Positions 39,575 to 51,713 of a stretch of DNA of 64,000 bases are shown in pieces. The notes under the pieces are model-generated. The model saw only the letters and a list, made by a program, of their open reading frames with translations, had not been told where the DNA came from and searched no databases. Location: NCBI GenBank assembly GCA_951406725.2, contig OX597832.1, forward strand, positions 10,664,001 through 10,728,000, read 5' to 3'. The first letter of the stretch is position 1. Every line of letters begins with the position of its first letter. This DNA comes from Octopus vulgaris (taxonomy: Eukaryota). The position numbers and the translations under genes are program-made.

Positions 39575-40416
39575 ATGTGTACATATATATGTGATCAGAC
39601 TGTGTTCTTGGGTGAATGAACGTTGCGAAGATGCAAAAACAGAGAATAATATTCAGACGGCTCGAAAGTTACAAAACCAAATGATAGAGCAATATCTGAA
39701 TAAAGAGGTGTGTCATATAAATCAAATGAATATTTACTATGGCATTTATGGTTATCCTTAGAATGTAAACTCTGTTATTAACTACATCACATGGGAACTC
39801 ACACATGCGTACGTACAAATGCAAATATCCTCTAAGTTTAAACCTTGTGAATTTTCAATTATTTCTGCTCTTTTCTATTGAACATGAATTTTGTAGCAGT
39901 CATAGTGAGTTAAGATTCTGTGAAAAATGACAGATGAATAGGTTAAGGAAATCTTAGAATTTTCTATATTTACCAATAGTATCAGACTTTATCTGTCAGT
40001 CAGAAATATTCGGAAATGCAAGAATGAATAAATGAAGAACAAAAAAGAAAATCTTGTTATCTTGGGTTGTATTCTATGAAAAAAAAAAAAAAGAAAACAA
40101 GAAAATAATAAAATGAGAAAAAAAAAAAAAGAAAAATGGCTTAAAATATATAGAAATGCTCAAAAAAATTCTTGAATATAGCTAATACGTATTATCATCA
40201 TGTTCGGTATCAGCATCATTATGATCACGAAGTCTTGATATTTTCCTTATCTTTTTCATCATCATCATCATTATCATTACAACATTCATCATCGCATTTG
40301 CCATCATATTTATCAACCTCATGCTGTCTTGCTTGTCTCGCTTGTCTTCTATGTGTTACTTTTCTTACAAATGCCACCTTGACTCTCCCCATCCTTATGT
40401 ACTACAACCAAAAACA

Positions 40417-40468
<52 letters not shown>

Positions 40469-40470
40469 TT
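40417..40470. repeat. (CTA)n microsatellite
   Basis: Direct reading. Confidence 0.96.
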
Positions 40471-41731
40471 ATAATAGTTTATCCTGCCGCTATTTCAACA
40501 CCACGGCTACAATCACCATTATTGCTGTTAGTTGTTCATGATTTCCTGAATTTTCAGAGCCTTGTGGTAGTTTGACACACTTCTTTATACTCCCTGTTGA
40601 AATCTGAATTAATCTTTGATCTCCATTCCTCTTTTATTTTTCTCTAAATTTACTATATCACTCAAGTACCAGCTTCGATTCAATCGAGAATATCCTGTAC
40701 TTCATTTCCTGACGTTACTTTAACTGTATCGAAAAGATTTTACTAAAATATCTAATTAGCAGAGCAAATATATTCATACGTCCTGGTGTTTAAATGATGT
40801 ACCTCTCCACTTGTCTTTAGATAATTCCCAAACAATCTGCTACTTTAGGGATTGTTTCTGCCTACAGGCTTAACATTCTTTTCATATGTATTTTGGGATT
40901 TTAGTGCATCAAGAGTTTTGCAAATGTTTTAGAGAACATTAACTTCTATCGGAACACATTTTGAATTTATAGTTTCTAAGGTGACAGCGTATTCGTAATC
41001 AGAACTTCCAAAATGCTGCACCTTGAGGAGGTGCAACTTCACAGGGACCCAACATTTTTCAAGCTATTATCGTTCCCTATCAATGAACAACATGGATGAA
41101 CTCGACGTCATTTGAACACAGAAATCTTTATACTGCATGTGAAAACAAAATATCGTGATCATGGTCTCTATCCTTTTATTCTGACGAGGGTCAGCCTTAT
41201 GACATTTTTCTTCGCAAAGGTGCACCAAAAGTGTATGTGTATCAGCCCAAGGTTTTTACATTGCAGAAATCCAATATTATCGTAAATACGCAAAGTTTCT
41301 TTCTCCAGACCAGCACAGATTTTCAAATGTTAATAAAAAAAAATGACACAGCTTGATACTAGTGTCGTTCCAGGCGTTAGCATCAGAGCGTAAACTTCCA
41401 AGATCTATCCCGGTATTTAAGTTGTCTGATGCTTTAAAATTTTATTCATGCGCAAGTCCTGGGTTTCTGCTATATCTTTTCACCCCATACCCAAAAGGCT
41501 CTGTAGAGTTTGAATTCAGAGTGCAGATAACCAGATATAAAGCTAAAATGCATTTTATCACACTCTAACGATTTTCTCAATCTGACTTTTGAGAGGGTAA
41601 ATTCCCCATTACCATAATTTATAATATTGTTTACCTTAATATAGTATATAAGTTTCACAATGCCATGCTAAATGACTGCAGATTTTTAAAAGAAAGGAAG
41701 TTTTATATTCAAACAATGTGTATAACTGATC

Positions 41732-42118
41732 CATGTGGAGGCGCAATGGCCCAGTGGTTAGGGCAGCGGACTCGCGGTCATAGGATCGCGGTTTCGATTC
41801 CCAGACCGGGCGTTGTGAGTGTTTATTGAGCGAAAACACTTAAAACTCCACGAGGCTCCGGCAGGGGATGGTGGTGATCCCTGCTGTACTCTCTCACCAC
41901 AATTTTCTCTCACTCTTACTTCCTGTTTCTGTTGTACCTGTATTTCAAAGGGCCGGCCTTGTCACTCTCTGTGTCACGCTGAATATCCCCGAGAACTACG
42001 TTAAGGGTACACGTGTCTGTGGAGTGCTTAGCCACTTACACGTTAATTTCACGAGCAGGCTGTTCCGTTGATTCGGATCAACCGGAACCCCCATCGTCGT
42101 AACCAACGGAGTGCTTCC
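41732..42118 (+). mobile_element. tRNA-derived SINE family A, full length, with TSD
   Basis: Same A and B boxes and body as 4905-5297; 10-bp TSD ATAACTGATC at 41722-41731 and 42119-42128. Confidence 0.95.
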
Positions 42119-42518
42119 ATAACTGATCTTTATCATAAGAACTAACGATTGAAATCCTATGCTGTAGGTGGAACTCCTGATTTCATTCTTCGATGCATAT
42201 GGAAATGAAAGGGGCTTCTGCTGTCGCTGGACTGCCTATAAATAACGACAACGTTACATTCCATGCATAACCTCATAGCAGAAATCGTCGAAAGTGCAAT
42301 AAAATTACAGAAAACCTAGATGTTCACCGCTGAGACGTTTATTATAATGTTCGATCTTGTATTTTTCTGTAGCAAAACAGCGACAACAATAATAATGATC
42401 CGTCATTTAGGGGAAATAGCAGGTAATATCGACTTACCACGAACTCAAATTTCATAATGTGAATAGACTAATCTGTGGAATGTAATATAATGACAGTGAA
42501 TTGTTTTCTGTACTTCAG

Positions 42519-42605
42519 GGTGGCTATTTATTCGAATACGAAAACATACGCATTCACCTCCATGCACATACGGGAGATAAATTGCTTAAGCGTGAATTGC
42601 AACTG
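42519..42605 (+). other. Candidate 87-nt internal exon (unverified)
   Basis: Acceptor TTGTTTTCTGTACTTCAG|G, donor CTG|GTGAGG, length divisible by 3, frame 0 open (GGYLFEYENIRIHLHAHTGDKLLKRELQL); no homology recognised. Confidence 0.25.
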
Positions 42606-43023
42606 GTGAGGAACTGTGAAATGGATTAAGGTCGTGGATAGCTGCTCTAAACTTTACTATTAACGATCGATCATAAACACATATACACACTCGCTGAATG
42701 TATTCTTTTTATATGTATGTGTAAGATTGTGTAGGCATATGCATGCATATATTTATGTGTGTGCCATTTATCATGTTTCCCTTTATGTATAAATTATATT
42801 GTACAGCTGACTTTCTCTTTCTGTCATGACGTCTATCTCTTAACTGGAATTCTTCGTGAATATCTTTATAACGACTGTACATCATTGAACCATTGTGTAT
42901 ATTAATGGTATATTCTTAATACCTTTCTTTATTTCTTGCTGATATAACAGCAGAAGCGAAATTGCGATAAGAACAGAGAAGAATAGAGTTAAAAGATGAA
43001 AGACAAGTACAACACAAAAACAA

Positions 43024-43058
<35 letters not shown>

Positions 43059-43724
43059 CATACACATATATTCATATATGATCAGATAAAGTGAACAAGG
43101 AAAATATTCGACTTTGACACTATCTTTGGAAAACAATTAGGGATATCTTGACGCTTGCAAATTTTGATTCTTTTCAATCTATTATTGTAGAGGACATATA
43201 TTTCTTTCCTTGTCTTTAGTTTTAAAAAATGCAAGAAAAAATTATTTGCCTTCAGTCGCGATAACCTTTACGGTCTTATACACACAGTATTTAAATATGA
43301 CTTGAAAGCAAAAATGTTTAAATTGAGGTTAACGTCAAAAAGACAGCTTTATATCTTAATAGATATTTAGTAACAGAAACTTGCTAAAGAACGAAACGCG
43401 GAATTTTCAAACATCAGTGGATATTCTAAATGTCACATCATCAAAAACGTATTTGAAGATTTCAGTTAGACCATCTTTCAAACTTCAGTATATAATGTTT
43501 TATATATTACGATGTGTATGATACGAAAATTATTTAACCAGAAGCAAAATGATACACTGCTCCATATGAATACAATTCCGAGCGTATAACAGAAAGGAAG
43601 AACGTTTAATAAGTTTCTTTTCTTTTTCGTGAATACATAGGATGGAATATTGTTATTACCCATGATTTGTATCGGAAAGTGAAGGGTTCATGTTGTACAC
43701 GAATACCAGCGTATGTAATTATGA

Positions 43725-44430
43725 CCTCTATCATTGCTTCATTGAACACAGTGAATCTTTAGTTCAGTGAATCGTGATGCGTTATCAGAATTTCTCAGGA
43801 AAGATGATTGTCTTGATAAAGGCAGAAATATCAAGACATTTCATGAAGATATGATATCTTGTGTAACAAATGATGGAAACATTTTCAATTTTTTTCTTTT
43901 TTAATTAACGTTGGGGTAGAGCATGGTGATGTAATAAGTTCCATTCTATTTATCATATGTTTCACTATAGATACTTTCTCAATCTCTTCAGAGATTGCTT
44001 TGAAGTTATTTATATGTACTACCAAGCCACTCCTAAATGAATAATACATTTTAAAACGAACATATCTGATTTTCTGAAAAGATAATTTCTGTAGGTTGAT
44101 GATATTGAAATTGTGGCACAAATGAAAATGATCTCCATGTACTGTTGGATAAGATTTCATTGTAACATGTTCAGTCTTACAATATTCTCAGTAAAGATGC
44201 CATTCTTTATGGACCCCGTCATTGAAATCTTACTAACGATTGTCATATAACGCTGTATATGGGTACAAATTTGAGAAGATTTCTATGCTCAAATGTCATT
44301 GCAACTTGCTGGGCAGGTATGCGAAATGCATCGCAAATAAACTCAAAGATTTATTGGTCAACGTTACAAGATCCACCAAAAGAGAATTATTTCACGTTCA
44401 GGCAGAAGAATATTAAAAATGCATTTAAAA
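43725..44430 (+). pseudogene. Highly degenerate RTE-type LINE reverse transcriptase fragment
   Basis: FSSVNRDALSEFLRK..IKTFHEDMISCVTNDG (cf. FDSVNR.ALW..L.K..FH.GM), LINVGVEHGDVISSILF (cf. GVKQG..LSP.LF), FL*VDDIEIVA (cf. LLYADD), CNMFSLTI (cf. C..FGLTI). Confidence 0.72.
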
Positions 44431-44517
44431 ATATGAATATTTAAAGCATCGAATCAATCTTAATAAACACCTATTATTTGGATCGTTTTTAGGAGAGGTA
44501 TTATCAAAATCTTGTCA

Positions 44518-44884
44518 GGCGCAGGAGTGGTTGTGTGGTAAGTAACATGCTTACCAACCACATGGTTCTGGGTTCTTCCACTAAAGCCTCGGGTCGATCA
44601 AAGCCTTGTGAGTGGATTTGGTATATGGAAACTGAAAGAATCCCACCTTATATATGTGTATATGTTTGTGTGTCTGTGTTTGTCCCCCCAGCATCGCTTG
44701 ACAACCGATGCTGGTGTGTTTACGTCCCTGAAACCTAGCGGTTGTGCAAAAGAAACCTATAGAATAAGTACTAGGCTTACAAAGAATACGTTCTGGGTTC
44801 GATTTGCTCGACTAAAGGCGGTGCTGCAGCATGGCCGCAGTCAAATTACTGAAACAAGTAAAAGAGTAAAAAGGAATAAGAGTA
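44518..44884 (+). mobile_element. SINE family B with a small internal deletion
   Basis: GGCGCAGGAGTGGTTGTGTGGTAAG head to GAAACAAGTAAAAGAG tail. Confidence 0.9.
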
Positions 44885-45484
44885 TATCTTGCAGAGATAT
44901 ATGTTAAAGCGATGTTGAAGTCAGGGTAGTAAAACTATTGTAGGAATGGACGCTTCTTTCTGATTTAGAAGTAGAATGATCTAAGCTATTTAATTCATTT
45001 GGAAGACGGATGAATTCCAAAGATTCGAGTCTCTGGAAGAAAACGTCTTAGAGAAACCTCCTTATGTACCAAAGATAAGATATAAAACAGCATTGAATAG
45101 GATATAAAGGACAATATGTGTGCCTCCTTTTGATGGAGTATCATACAAAAAAGTTATTAAACGCAGCCATGAAATTTAAAGTAGTCGAATAAATACAAGA
45201 CTCTGGAAATGGTAATCGCTTTGATAATCCCTTTCAAAAGTTCAAACTGTGAACGATTTTGTCTCTAAATGTGTTACTTCCTCGCATATTAAAGAACAGC
45301 AAACTAATATATATCTGTCATTCTGAGAACATTGAACTGCGGGCACGGTGAAAGGGTTTTGTATCGAGCAGCTGAATAGGCTATTTTCATACTTCATGGC
45401 CGTATTTAAAGAGAAATATATTTTGTAACAAAGGTTTTATAGAATAGATGTTTGTGTGTTTATATGCATAATTACATATTCTTT

Positions 45485-45680
45485 CTTTTTATTTATTTAC
45501 TTGCTTCAGTCATTTGACTGCGACTGTGCTGGAGCACCGCCTGTAGTCGAATCAAATCGACCACAGGACTTATTCTATCGCTCTCTTATGCCGAATCGCT
45601 AAGTTACACGGACCTAAACACACCAGCATCGGTTGTCAAGCGATGTTGGGGGGACAAACACAGATACACAACATATACAC
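45485..45680 (-). mobile_element. SINE family B, 3' half
   Basis: CTTCAGTCATTTGACTGCG..GCTGGAGCACCGCC..CCAGCATCGGTTGTCAAGCGATGTTGGGGGGACAAACACAG. Confidence 0.88.
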
Positions 45681-46945
45681 TCATAGGTTTTTTTAAAGAC
45701 TAGGTTACAATGTAGCGTTGCTCTAATTAAGAAGTAATTATGTTTGTGTATACGTACATACACAGCTCTATTTATGCATGTATGTATGTTTAAGAGAATG
45801 GATAAATATACATTTCAAAAATAGATGTACGTATCTATGTATACATGTATGTATGAATCTCTCTCTATCTTTCTCTCTCTCTACGTTTATATATATAAAG
45901 ATAGATATGTATGTATAATTAAATACTTGTATGCCGTTATATGATCATTAATTCGTATTGCGTTGGTAAGTAAATTATAGTGGAAATTTAAGATGAATTA
46001 TGTATCAATTGATGAAATACCAAAATTGCATCGTTCTTTCGATCATAATGTTAGTTAGCATTCAGAGTGCGAGGATTTCCAGATTGTCAATCTGTTGCTA
46101 AATCCGTAGAGGTTAGCTTAATATTAAACCTAATCTACTGAGGAGCGGATCTAACGTCTGATCTTATTTAATTTAATGATTTTCAACATTTAATTAAATC
46201 TGTCTTGTTAATACAGTATATTGTGTCTGTCACTGTAGTCACCAATACAAATTCGTAATAAAATTATTCGATAGAAAATGTAGCTATGAATTACATCTAG
46301 AGGGATTTAATCGTGTTCGCTAAATTGTCTTTAATCATAATGGATATGTGTATGGTTTGGCTCCGTACCGGCGGTTATCATTATTTTCAACGAATTAAGT
46401 GATTTAATATCGTGTGAAGCACATTCATTTATTTCACTCTGATCTCCGACAAATTGAGTACACATACTCAGACATGCAAACACTCACACATACACAGATA
46501 TGTGTGTATCTATGAGTGTGTTTACTTGAGTGTGTTTGTGTAAGAGAGAGAGAGGGAGAGAGAGTTATTTAGAGAATAGGATACAGAGCATGGCTAAAAT
46601 AATTCCCGTTCTTTGTACTCTACAATACAATTCTGCTAACGTCAGTTTTGGGTTGTATTATTTTGAGGTGGATGAATAAATTATCTTCCCCTGGGGTAGA
46701 ATATTCTCTGTCCGTCTCTGATCCTTTCTGTTTGCTTGTCCTTCCTCCATTAGGGTAATAGTTGTATAGTTCAGATATGTAGAAATCTCGGTGTCCCAGA
46801 GCCTAATAATGACAAATCTGTAGTGAGACACTTAAATCTATGATTCCTTTATATTTATATGATTATATATATATTTATATATATACTTTGGGGATTTGGT
46901 TTGTAAGATCCTTTATGTGAGTGCGTATATGTTGAAGCATCTTTT

Positions 46946-47853
46946 GTTGTGTCTGGGGAGAGTCCTCCTCTTTTAGTTCGTTATTATTTAGCACACTCAC
47001 CGGTTAAGTTTCACTCAATTACTTATTTATATTTCCTAAACTTTTCGGTGCGTTTTGCAACCATTTCAATTGTCACTGAATCTGTCCGTTGTCAGAGCAG
47101 CGCATGTGTGGATCAGTGTGTGTGTATGAATATACATTTATGTATGTATATATGTATGCATGCATGTAAGTGTGTGTATGCATGTCTGTGCGTGCATGTA
47201 TGTATATATGTATGTGTGTATGTTTGCACGTATATATTCCGCATATTCATGTGTTTTTGTGCATGTGTGTGTTTCTGTGTGTACCTCCATCTCCTTGTGT
47301 GTGCATGTCTAAGTGCGTCTGTGTATGGGTTTGTGTAACTATGTACTGTGTCTGTATGTATGGATGGGTATCTCCATATCTGTCCTTGTGTGAAGTGAAT
47401 TGTGTTTATATATGTATATGTGTACTTGTCTGTTCATATTAACTATGTACCTATCTGCCTGTATGTCTATCTGTTTACATTCTTATCCATTTGCAACATA
47501 CATGTGCATATACATATACATATACACACACGCTAACACACACATACATCTACATAACACCCCACAAACTATTCTACATGTATATAAATATAAACTGTGG
47601 CTATGTGTGTATGATTACTTTATTCGTATATTTCGTATTTAGTGCTGGGGATGTTTCATTCCTAAGATCGTACTCCTGTATTTGTCTGAGGGTTGTGTCC
47701 TTTGGGTGCTTGGATAAAATGCTAAGTCAACGACAATTCAAATTGTTGCAAGACACCACAATACTTTTAGGCAAGATAAATAAGTGGAAAAATTACCAGA
47801 GAGTGTGTTAAATAATAAGGCACTAAAAGAAAATGAATCGCCCCAGACACAAC
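46946..47853. repeat. Diverged inverted repeat pair (46946-47070 and 47736-47853) around a TG/TA-rich spacer
   Basis: GTTGTGTCTGGGG..CTTTTAGT..TTATTATTTAGCACACTC..TTGCAACCATTT is mirrored by AAATTGTTGCAAG..GAGTGTGTTAAATAATAAG..ACTAAAAG..CCCCAGACACAAC. Confidence 0.8.
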
Positions 47854-47855
47854 CA

Positions 47856-47883
<28 letters not shown>

Positions 47884-47886
<3 letters not shown>

Positions 47887-48096
47887 CCATATTGATTCGC
47901 TAGCTTCTGCACGCATTTTTGTTCTCTCCTTGTTTCTCTCCGTGTTTCTTTTCTGTGTATCTTTCTGTTGAAGAACGTAGGCTCGAAACGTAAACGATTT
48001 GTTTTATTTATATTCCTGAGCGCCATACTAATACAATTGTTTGCTTGTATTCCACCTGCCTTCGTCTTTTGTTTATTTTCATAAAGCTTCCCTTTA
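47884..48096 (+). mobile_element. Penelope-type terminal-repeat fragment with a degenerate hammerhead motif (47959-47998), inside (TA)n
   Basis: TCTTT CTGTTGA A GAAC GTAG GCTC GAAA CGT A AACGA; downstream TTCCTGAGCGCCATACTAATACAA..CCTTCGTCTTTT tail is homologous to 61600-61670 and 63140-63220. Confidence 0.6.
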
Positions 48097-48300
48097 TATA
48101 TATATATATATATATATATGTGCAATGTTACCGTCCACTGAATTACATTTAACTATCGAAGGAATTGATATAGTGACTGATAACTAATAGAAATCGTAGA
48201 CGCTATATACTGATTGTTATATACTAGCCGTAACCTAGAATACAATAGAGAGCCACCACTGTATTCGCCTGGATGTTATTTTCACCAAAATCACATCTAC

Positions 48301-48347
<47 letters not shown>

Positions 48348-48594
48348 TCGCACTCACACTAAAACATACACACACAAGTGGATGTTATGATTGCGTAAAG
48401 AATTCAAAAGAACCAAAATCGACATCAAAATCAACTGAAACCTGTTTGGGATTTAGATTCTCAACTGTCTTAAACACACGCACTCACACACAGAAACACA
48501 CGATCACACACTCATACACACACATATACACGCTTACACACTCATGCACAAACACTCATACACATGCATGCACACGCAAACATATAATTAATAT

Positions 48595-48835
48595 TGATTT
48601 TAAATTTTGACACAAGGCCTGCAGTTTCGAGTGAAGGGCGAGTCGATAACTTCGACCCTAATGTTCAACTTCTACTTATTTTATCGACCCCGAAAGAACG
48701 AACTGAACTTCTAAAATTCATGGCCTTGTGCTAAAATATGAAAACAATGTAAAGCATGATATAAAGCGGCAAGCTGATAAAATCGTTAGCACATGGAGCT
48801 TTCGTCTGTCTTTAAGTCCTGAGTCGAAATTTCTT
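48595..48835. mobile_element. SINE family C fragments in both orientations
   Basis: Minus 3' part 48595-48700 (GTCGATAACTTCGACCC..TTATCGACCCCGAAAG); plus tail 48708-48750; plus head 48765-48835 (GCGGCAAGCTGATAAAATCGTTAGCAC). Confidence 0.65.
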
Positions 48836-49557
48836 TTCACACTGGCACTTAAACATTTTCTTTAATCTTGTCTTTAAAACTTGTTGGGATCCACATACAT
48901 GTTATATCATCCATATATGTAAATATGCTTAAGGACACATTCGGTGAATATAGCACAGACTTCAGTAGTTTATTTACACATCCATCGGTACGTGCTGCAC
49001 TAAATATATGACAAGAGTAGAAATCGCTCCATCCCAAGAATGTCATATACTGTGTTTTTTCCTTACCTGCTCCGCAACCCCCTAGTGTTGGAAGATATGC
49101 ATCTTTTGTAATAAAACTCTAAAGAACAACCATTCTACAAATAACTGATTTTAGCGAACATGAATACTTCCTTATAATACATTGTTTATGATTAAATAAA
49201 TTTGTTTGGGCTATTTCTCATGATTTGTGACGTTGGATTTTGATCCTGTATTTTCTCGGAGATGTATAGGTTAATAATTGGAGAGGATATAACAATGGAT
49301 TGCAAAATAAGTGGAACGAAGTCGACAGTAAATACTTCAAAGTGTTATTGTTCACTAAATCGCGTCCCTGTTGACGAAATCTGGACTTTGATATAAGATG
49401 GGGTCTGTGCCAAGCTATCACAATCCTGTGTTATACTTTATACAGAAGTAGAACTTTTATTGCACGTGAACTGTAATCATAGCGTTTGAGAAAACGATAT
49501 CGCTCCTTTGATGTGCATTCACGTATAAACGAGCTCCGTATATTAAGCATCTCCAAA

Positions 49558-49620
49558 TTCTTCTTCTTCTTCTTCTTCTTCTTCTTCTTCTTCTTCTTCT
49601 TCTTCTTCTTTTCTTCTTCT
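49558..49620. repeat. (TTC)n microsatellite
   Basis: Direct reading. Confidence 0.97.
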
Positions 49621-49676
49621 CATAATAAATATAATAATAATAAATATTATTATCATTATTATCATTATTATTATTA

Positions 49677-49895
49677 AAGCAGTGAGCTAGCAGAATCGTT
49701 TGCACGCCGGGCAAAATGCTTAGCGGCATTTCGCCCGTCGCTACGTTCTTAGTTCAAATTCCGCTGAGGTTTACTTTTGTTTTCATCCTTTTAGGGTCGT
49801 TAACGTAAATACCAGTGAAGCACTGGGGTCGATGCAATCGACTAGAAACCTCCCCACAAAATTTTAGATTTTGTGCCTTAAGTAGAAAGAAGTAT
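49677..49895 (+). mobile_element. SINE family C, (ATT)n-tailed subfamily
   Basis: GAGCTAGCAGAATCGTTTGCACGCCGGGCAAAATGC..CACTGGGGTCGATGCAATCGACT..TTGTGCCTTAAGTAGAAAG; (ATT)n on both sides. Confidence 0.88.
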
Positions 49896-49897
49896 TA

Positions 49898-49940
<43 letters not shown>

Positions 49941-50034
49941 ATTTTAAGGCTGGCAAAAACTCGCAGTAGTTCGTGTGTCATCACCTTCTAAGTTCAAACT
50001 CCACGCAGATCTCTTTTGAATATAATCCATGCAT

Positions 50035-50262
50035 GGATTCAATTCCTAAACCGAATGGTACGCTGTGTTATTGAGCAAAACCACTTTATGTCACGCTACT
50101 ATGCGATACCGTGGACGCGTGACTTCGGCGTGGTATACCGTGCACTTGTTCGGACAACGTCGCTTTGATGGAAAGAGCGAACTAATATACAGGACATAAA
50201 TTTGATCCTATAAAAAAATCATTCATACATGTCGTTTGGCAAAAAGCTGAACACTCATGTCT
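50035..50262 (+). mobile_element. Possible old SINE of a further family
   Basis: B-box-like GGATTCAATTCC followed by CORE-like GTGTTATTGAGCAAAACCACTTT; single degenerate copy. Confidence 0.35.
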
Positions 50263-50296
50263 CATCATCATTATTATCATCATAATCAATAAGCAT

Positions 50297-50591
50297 AACT
50301 TTTACAGTTTTCATACCCCAAGTCCTTGCAATTTCAAATTTTTACATATGATTTGAATCCCATCTACCTTTTTCTTTTCGAGTATCAAACGGGTATTAAT
50401 AAGCATCCTTGCTTTTTCTTCCTTATTATCCTTATATCTAATCTGTTATTTTCTAGCTTCTTACCAGTTTGAAAAAATAAATCCCACAAAAGTTTGCATT
50501 TCTCCGACTCCAACCGATAATCATAACATATGCCTCCAGCTTCAAATCCCCACTTCTGACATAGTTGCCAGTGTAAAATTTTAGCTACATA
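50297..50591 (-). pseudogene. R4/Dong-type non-LTR element, older 3' fragment (region leading into the RLE)
   Basis: Minus-strand translation NVAKILHWQLCQKWGFE..EKCKLLWDLFFQTGKKLENNRLDI..KFEIARTWGMKTVKV. Confidence 0.78.
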
Positions 50592-51028
50592 TTATTATCA
50601 TTATTATTGCCTTTGCCCAGCTTCTAACGCTGAAGATGTATTACAATGTCAGCTGTTCACTACCAGTGAACTAAGGTAACACCTCTTATTTCTCGAGCAC
50701 TTTTCGGAGTATTCGAGTGGTTCCAAGCAGTACTGTTTTCTGCGAGTACTCCATCCTTATTGCAGCCCCTATTTGTTCCACGTATTTCTCGAGATTTTTG
50801 CTCAATGTTCCCAGGGCCCCGACAATTATTGTTACTACTGCTACCTATTTAATCGACCCCGACTGCTTGACTTCCCAAGCTAACCTGTCATATCTCTCAA
50901 ATTTTCTTTCTTCCTTATCGCATACCTAGTCAGCTCAGCTGGCTATATCTATGATCAGGCATAGTTTGTTTTCTTTCTCAATTAAGACGATGTCTGGCTT
51001 CCTATTCTCTATCTCATGGTCGCACTGA
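50590..51028 (-). pseudogene. R4/Dong-type non-LTR element 3' end: restriction-like endonuclease, 3' UTR, (AAT)n tail
   Basis: QCDHEIENRKPDIVLIEKENKLCLIIDIA..KFERYDRLAWEVKQ..IIVGALGTLSKNLEKYVEQIG..QKTVLLGTTRILRKVLEK* (stop at 50686-50688); 3' UTR hairpin GTTCACT-GGT-AGTGAAC; AATAATAATGATAATAAT tail. Confidence 0.9.
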
Positions 51029-51057
51029 CAAAGCTGCCAATATAAAACTTTCGCTAC

Positions 51058-51098
<41 letters not shown>

Positions 51099-51504
51099 GA
51101 TTTTCACACAATGAAATAATGCCGTTTCATATATAGCATTAATTTGACATTATTGTCACAAAGCCCCTTAAGTTTTAATAATACAATACAAATATACAAT
51201 ATTCTCTATGGATTTATAAGCAAAGAGAGGAAAGAAATCTATAAATAACGTTGAACGAGTGGCCTCGAGTTTCATGGAAACATGAAATTTATATAAAGTA
51301 TAAATATAATTTATATACAATTAAATATAATTGAACATGTACTGAAAGCTTGCAAGAAGAGCATTAACACTGATCAAATAATAATAACCATAATTATAAT
51401 AACATGAATAATAATAATAATAATAATTAATAATAATAATCATACTAATGATTTTAATAAAAAATATAATTATTTTTCTTATAAGGATATGATTTTCATC
51501 AACG

Positions 51505-51682
51505 TGTAGTAGTAGTAGTAGTATTGGTGGTGGTAGTGGGATTAGTAGTAGTAGTATTGCTGGTGGTGGTAGTTGTAGTAGTATTGGCAGTGGTGGTGGT
51601 GGTGGTAGTATCAGTAGTAGTAGTGGTGGTGGTAGTAATATTGGCAGTGGTGGTGGTAGGAGTAGTAGTAGTAGTAGTATGG

Positions 51683-51712
<30 letters not shown>
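51505..51712. repeat. (GTA)n/(GTG)n compound trinucleotide tract
   Basis: Direct reading; source of the poly-P/T/V ORFs. Confidence 0.95.
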
Positions 51713-51713
<1 letters not shown>

